Shown here piece after piece: positions 9,670 through 14,290 of a stretch of DNA of 14,290 nucleotides (positions within the stretch are counted from its first letter, which is position 1; every line of letters starts with the position of its first letter). The translations under genes were made by a program, and so were the position numbers. This DNA comes from Octopus sinensis. Its lineage: Eukaryota. Under the pieces are notes generated by a model, which worked only from the letters and a program-made list of their open reading frames with translations, was not told where the DNA came from and did not search any database. Location of the stretch: positions 1 to 14,290 of the forward strand of contig NW_021825857.1 of the NCBI RefSeq assembly GCF_006345805.1, written 5' to 3'.

Positions 9670-10129
9670 CATCATCATTTAACATCCATTGTTCATGCTG
9701 GCACGCTAGAGGGCTGCACCAGACTCCAGTCTAATTTGGAGTGGTTTTCTACGGCTGCATGCCCTTCCTAATACCAACCACTCTGAGAATGTAATGGGTG
9801 CTTTTACGTGCCACTGGCATGGGTGCCAATTGCATGACATTGAGGTGTTTTTACATGCCAATTGCATGACACCGGTATCTGCGATTTTGCTTGGTTTCAG
9901 GGGTCTTCTTCTCAAGCATGACATAATGCTAAAGGTTGCTGTCTTTGCCTCCGTGAGGCCCAACACTTGAAAGGAACTCAGTTACTTTGCCTCCATGAAG
10001 CCCAGTGCTCAAAAGGAACTCAGCCACTTTGCCTCCATGAGGCTCAACGATTAAAGGGTGTTCTTCATGTGCTACCAGCACAGGTGCACTTGGTTAGTTA
10101 GGTCTTCTCAAGCACAGCACAACACCAAA
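9670..10129 (-). mobile_element. RTE-type 3' UTR fragment with internal tandem repeats
   Basis: Starts with catcatcatttaacatcc and is similar to 7183-7520 and 8245-8366. It contains a 42-bp tandem repeat and a duplicated gccaattgcatgaca. Confidence 0.8.
9943..10049. repeat. 42-bp tandem repeat, about 2.5 copies
   Basis: ctttgcctcc(g/a)tga(g/a)gc... units start at 9943, 9985 and 10027. Confidence 0.9.
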
Positions 10130-10701
10130 TATATTTTGAAATGTATATTTCTGCAACTGAATTGTTTCTTAATAAATATATTTATATAAGTATCATAAAG
10201 TTGATAAGGTCTCTCTCAGTAGGAAATTTTTGCTCTTATTACTCAGTTGTAAGAGTTTGCTTATTTATTTTATATTTTAAAATAACATTTTTGTTTATTG
10301 TTTACAAAATGATGATGTCAATATTTCATAAACAACAGAAACAATCACATAAATTGTATCTATATATTCTGATAAGTTATTGTTGGTGCCATTTGGGGCT
10401 TTTGCACTATAAATCATTTATTTTGTATATTTATTTACATCTCATTTTGTTTAGTTTATTAGCTGATATGCACATATTTTGAGTTTGATCCCAAAAACTT
10501 ATAAACAAAAATAATTAAATCAAACCAAGTCAAAATATAAATGCAAAAACTGCACACCTAAAAGAACTGAAACCAATATAGATAGAAATATCATTTTTTA
10601 AATGATCATTCTTCAAAATCTTTTTTTTCATAATTCTTAGAAAAAAGTTGATAAATGAAATAAGTGAAATGAAAATATAAAAAAAAAAGGAAAATACTTA
10701 C

Positions 10702-10811
10702 TGCTTTGCAGCTATTAGCAATTAGACTAGCAGTTTTTTTGAAAGATTTTGTTAAATAATGATTAAAACGTTCAGTTTCATCTTCTTTAGAACCTAATTG
10801 CATAAATTCCC
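10702..10811 (-). CDS. PDSS1: Internal coding exon of PDSS1 (110 nt, phase 1 to phase 0)
   Basis: ttatattttttcag|GG GAA TTT ATG CAA TTA...AGC TGC AAA GCA|gtaagt = GEFMQLGSKEDETERFNHYLTKSFKKTASLIANSCKA. It contains the GEFxQL and KKTASLIANSCKA motifs typical of PDSS1/Dps1. It lies inside track ORF 10606..10860(-). Confidence 0.97.
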
Positions 10812-11128
10812 CTGAAAAAATATAAACCAATTTACATGCACATAAGATATTATTCAACAATTACCTGCAACAATTCTTAAAATTTCTCATTTTTAATTCT
10901 CAACATTCCTTAGAATTAATTACCCTGAGAATTACCTTTAACATTATTATTCTTAACATTCCTCATTACTAATTTGTTGTGAAATTAGTAATATAACGAG
11001 CATAAACTAAAGCCCTATCACAAATGATTACATTGTGTCTTTCAGTTAACAAGATGCCTGATACACTTTATGACAAAAAGATTGTTCTTAAGAAGATTAT
11101 CAAATTGTTAATTAAGAATACAGATATT

Positions 11129-11514
11129 TATATTTTTACTGGTTTCAGTCATTAGACTGTGGCCAAGCTGAGGCACTTTGGAGAATTTTTAGTTAAATGA
11201 TGATGTCAGTATTTCATAAACAACAGTCCTTTTTTGTTAAAGTCTCTTTTGCTGAACTGCTAAGTTATGGGGATGTAAACACACTAGCACCAGTTGTCAA
11301 ACAGTGGTAGGGCGACCAAACACAGACATGTACAAATATACACACACACACACACATACATGACAGGCTTCTTTCAGTTTCCATCTACCAAATCTACTCT
11401 TTGGTCGACACGAAGCTATAGTAGAAGACAGTTGCCCAAGATGCCATGCAGTGGGACTGAACCCAGAACCATGAGGTTGGGAAGCAAACTTCTTACCACA
11501 CAGCCACTCCTGCA
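11129..11514 (-). mobile_element. tRNA-derived SINE (octopus-type), near full length
   Basis: Minus head tgcaggagtggctgtgtggtaagaag...gggttcagtccc carries A-box/B-box-like Pol III motifs. Conserved body cttgggcaa...tcttctactatag...ggtagatggaaactgaaag, central (TG)n, and a 3' part with ttagcagttcagcaaaaagagac and aatgactgaaacc. Confidence 0.88.
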
Positions 11515-11585
11515 TCTGATATTGGTATCATTAAAATGTTTTAACACATATGGAGAATTAGTTAAAAAAAAAAAACAAGAATAGG

Positions 11586-11956
11586 TGCAGGCATGGCTGT
11601 GAAGTTAAGAAGTTTGCTTTCCAACCACATGGTTTCAGATTCAGTTCTACTGGATGGCTATCTTCTACTATAACTTTGGGCCAACCAAAGCCTTGTGAGT
11701 GGATCTGGTAACGGGAACTGAAAGCCAGTCAAATAAATGTACAAGTGTGTTGTGTGTAGTTCTCTTTGTTTTGATACAGTGTGACAGTTATGAGAGTCAT
11801 TTTTTCATATACTGCAAGAACATATCTGGTTATGGGGAGATATTACTTTGCTTAGAAACAAGTAAGGGTTGGTAATAAAAAGGGTAATGGGCCATAGAAT
11901 ACCTGTTTCAATAAAATTTATCCAATCCATACAAACATGGAAAAGTGGATGATGAT
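11586..11956 (+). mobile_element. tRNA-derived SINE with the same head/body but an RTE-like 3' tail
   Basis: Head tgcaggcatggctgtgaagttaagaagtttgctttccaaccacatgg...ttcagttc and body tcttctactata...ccaaagccttgtgagtggatctggta. The tail ccaatccatacaaacatggaaaagtggatgatgatga resembles the reverse complement of the RTE tails at 7183 and 8245. Confidence 0.85.
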
Positions 11957-12194
11957 GAAAGAACGGTTGTATAATATTCTGTGTGCTTACATTATTTGCA
12001 AGATCTATATTGAATCTCATAAGTTACAAACTAGAGAAAGTGGAAAAAAAGATTGCAAAACAAAATCACTACCAATAACTAAATTATTATAATCCATATG
12101 AAGTTGATGTATTATCATTTAAATACTGTGAAATATACACTTACATACAGAGCAACTAAATTTAAGCACAATTTATCACATGTAATAACCTTAC

Positions 12195-12306
12195 CTTTTA
12201 CTAAGTCTTCTATAACACATGAAATAACAGATATAACATATTCATTTTTGAGCTTGGCTAAAGCTGACGATGCACTCCCAAGTATGAAATTTCCAGCAAA
12301 TACCGC
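12195..12306 (-). CDS. PDSS1: Internal coding exon of decaprenyl-diphosphate synthase subunit 1 (112 nt, phase 0 to phase 1)
   Basis: Minus strand reads tttattttacag|GCG GTA TTT GCT GGA AAT TTC...GAA GAC TTA GTA AAA G|gtaagg = AVFAGNFILGSASSALAKLKNEYVISVISCVIEDLVK-G. This matches the trans-prenyltransferase motif A(V/I)LAG(D/N)xxL...IEDLVRG. Splice sites are canonical and the frame joins the next exon. Not in the ORF track. Confidence 0.95.
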
Positions 12307-12340
12307 CTGTAAAATAAATTATGTGTAAATGTCATATATC

Positions 12341-12367
12341 TATCTATATATATATATATATATATAA
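12341..12367. repeat. (TA)n microsatellite
   Basis: Seen directly. Confidence 0.9.
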
Positions 12368-12436
12368 GCACTTGTACCCGATTTAGCACCACTGAATGCA
12401 AAATTCTATAGTCAATCATAAATGGATCATGTTTAA

Positions 12437-12656
12437 CCCTTTCGTTACTGTATTTATTTTGAGATACTCTGTGTTTCTTTCAATTATTTTAAACATAAAA
12501 AAGAATTTAGTAAAATAACTTCGTTATCATTAAGCTAGTGTTAGGAACGTAAATTGTGACTAAGGTTTGGTGGAATATTTTAATTCAAAACTTATGAAAA
12601 CAAGACATTTTACCACAGAGCCAGAGCTGGTTTTGGCCAGGTTAGTAACAAAAGGG
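12437..12656. mobile_element. piggyBac-type MITE (220 bp)
   Basis: TTAA target duplications at 12433-12436 and 12657-12660. Terminal inverted repeats CCCTTTCGTTAC / GTAACAAAAGGG (11 of 12 match). No coding capacity. Confidence 0.92.
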
Positions 12657-12688
12657 TTAATATATTTCACTCTAAATTAGGAGACAGT

Positions 12689-12707
12689 GGTGTGTGTGTG
12701 TGTGTGT
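12689..12707. repeat. (GT)n microsatellite
   Basis: Seen directly. Confidence 0.9.
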
Positions 12708-12797
12708 ATAATAATAAATGCGAAAACGAATGTCAGTTTGTCACATTTTTCCAACTTTACTTCTCCGATTCTCTCTCTCACTATTCAATGACACTTC

Positions 12798-13478
12798 TAA
12801 CTGTATCAAGTAATTTAACCATAATACATGCTTCATAACGTTTGGAACTGAAATATGTATTGAACTCATTCTCTCATAGTTGGAAACTTAGTATTTTTTT
12901 CAGATATTAATAAAATTTATCAGACCTATTTTCTTGCCACTGGAGATATGGAAACTTAGTGCACCCTGACTGAATGAAAATAGATTCAACTAATTTTATT
13001 ATTACCTTAAAAAATACTAATTCTATTCTCTAAAAAAGTTTCTTTCTTAATCCTAACATTTTGAGAAAAATCTATCTCTAAATATTATAACTGTATCAAG
13101 TAATTTAACAATAACACTACTCTCTGAAATGTTTTTTCTTAATCCTAATATTTTGAAAAAAAAAATTTCTCTAAATATTATAACTATTTCCAAGGTAAAT
13201 ATTTTGAAAAAGCTCTCTAAATATTATAGCTGTATCAAGTAATTTAACCATAACACATGCTTGGAACTGAAATACATATTGAACTCACTTTCTCATACAA
13301 TATTACCTCTTATAACTTTCTACCATAAAAATGTTGGAAACTTAGTATTTTTTTAGATATTAATAAAATTTGTTGGAGCTATTTTTATGCCATTGGCTGT
13401 TGAAGCTATGGAAACTTAGCGCACTCTGACTGCATGAAAATAGATTTGACTAATTTTAGTATTACCTTAAAAAAATAC
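12798..13478. repeat. Complex local tandem duplication (about 430-bp period with shorter sub-repeats)
   Basis: 12798-13017 and 13227-13478 share ctgtatcaagtaatttaacc, tggaactgaaat, ttggaaacttagtatttttt, atggaaacttag, atgaaaatagatt and attaccttaaaaaa. ctctaaatattata occurs three times and ttcttaatcctaa twice in between. Confidence 0.9.
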
Positions 13479-14040
13479 GAAATTTCAAGTACCTTTTTGG
13501 TCAAATACGTTTAGAGCAATTCCAAACCATAAAAATCACTCTTTAAAATAGTGTTTAGCAACAGTGGCGTATTTTCCTTCAAACTATAAACAGGAGTTTG
13601 GATATGTACCAGTTACTACAAATAATTGTTTGAATGAAAAGTAAGGTCCTATGAACATCAAATTGTCTTTAGATAAAGTGGTGGCAGAAGAATTACTGTT
13701 GAACTTTTAAAAGATAAGTTTATTGTTGTCTATGGCCAGCTATAATTTGGTTGTTCAAGGGTAGAGAATGGAAACAAGCTATTTGTACTGATCCCGAATG
13801 GGAAGACAAAAAATGCTGTTTATCATGCAGCTTTGCAATAAGTTCCAAGTTGACAAATTATTGTTTTGATGAAAATTGTTCATTGCTTGAAAAATATTGC
13901 TCAAGTTTAATAAAATTTAATATCTGCTCAATTGCATGAAGTGTCATTGTTGGGTCCAAGGCCCAATGAAGAGCCCTCCACAGGAGCTAGCTTAAAAGCC
14001 ACCCTGTTGGGCAGCTTTTAAGCTAGTGTGTGTATGTACA

Positions 14041-14290
14041 CAGGGGTTGGACAAAATAATGGAAACACTTAGCATCATAATTTTGAAATATCTATAAAAC
14101 CACCAAAAGTTGTTTATTTTTATGATTTTTGATTTATTATTAGTGTTGCTTAATATGCTTTGCTAAAATTGCTGTTTCTTTTCAGATATCATCAGAAAAA
14201 GGTAATTAAAATGACAGATTTATCGGACTTTCAAAGAGGTCAAATTGTTGGTGTTCATATGGTAGGAACTAGCATAATGAAAATAGCTGA
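14041..14290 (+). mobile_element. Tc1-like transposon, 5' end (runs off window)
   Basis: TIR-like CAGGGGTTGGACAAAATAATGGAAACAC at 14041. ATG at 14211 opens MTDLSDFQRGQIVGVHMVGTSIMKIA, a Tc1 HTH N-terminus (LSDFxRGQIVG). Confidence 0.88.

Noticed and set aside
9943-10049. Regularly spaced repeats as a possible CRISPR array
   Set aside because: The whole units are similar with no unique spacers, the context is eukaryotic, and there are no cas genes.
10141-10482. 113-aa hydrophobic track ORF, and similar ORFs at 8363, 12098 and 13751
   Set aside because: These are AT-rich chance frames. 12098..12328(+) is simply the antisense of a real PDSS1 exon.
11400-11660. tRNA-like A/B-box sequences
   Set aside because: They are SINE heads with no complete cloverleaf, not tRNA genes.
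12289-12291. Asn in the GD motif as evidence that the gene is a pseudogene
   Set aside because: All three exons are intact and in frame with canonical splice sites. This residue is not one of the DDxxD motifs, and Asn is recalled from at least one functional homologue.

Overview
AT-rich, microsatellite- and transposon-dense eukaryotic genomic DNA. The SINE, LINE and Helitron families resemble those I recall from Octopus (coleoid cephalopod); this taxon call is inference. The window lies inside a minus-strand gene that the ORF track only partly shows. Three spliced coding exons (12306-12195, 10811-10702, 4889-4809; 112+110+81 = 303 nt; all GT-AG, phases 0/1/0/0) join into a continuous 101-aa peptide: AVFAGNFILGSASSALAKLKNEYVISVISCVIEDLVKGEFMQLGSKEDETERFNHYLTKSFKKTASLIANSCKAVAIFGNCCDDIVNTAYLYGRHIGLAFQ. 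This is the central part of decaprenyl-diphosphate synthase subunit 1 (PDSS1, coenzyme Q side-chain synthesis). Everything else is intron, filled with degraded elements: a mariner, an RTE reverse-transcriptase fragment, a CR1-like LINE split by a pogo/Tigger that itself carries a Penelope-like piece, three RTE 3' ends, a non-autonomous Helitron 5' part, two head-to-head tRNA-derived SINEs, a TTAA piggyBac-type MITE, a local ~430-bp-period duplication, and the start of a Tc1 element. The most interesting observations are: (i) a degenerate type I hammerhead ribozyme in the pre-mRNA sense orientation; (ii) an exon with three genomic A's where A-to-I editing would restore ortholog residues, next to an intronic inverted-SINE hairpin; (iii) a 32-bp locally templated insertion inside a SINE; (iv) a two-way Helitron-end-like palindrome. 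I cannot support a new multi-gene system. No CRISPR array, rRNA or true tRNA gene is evident.
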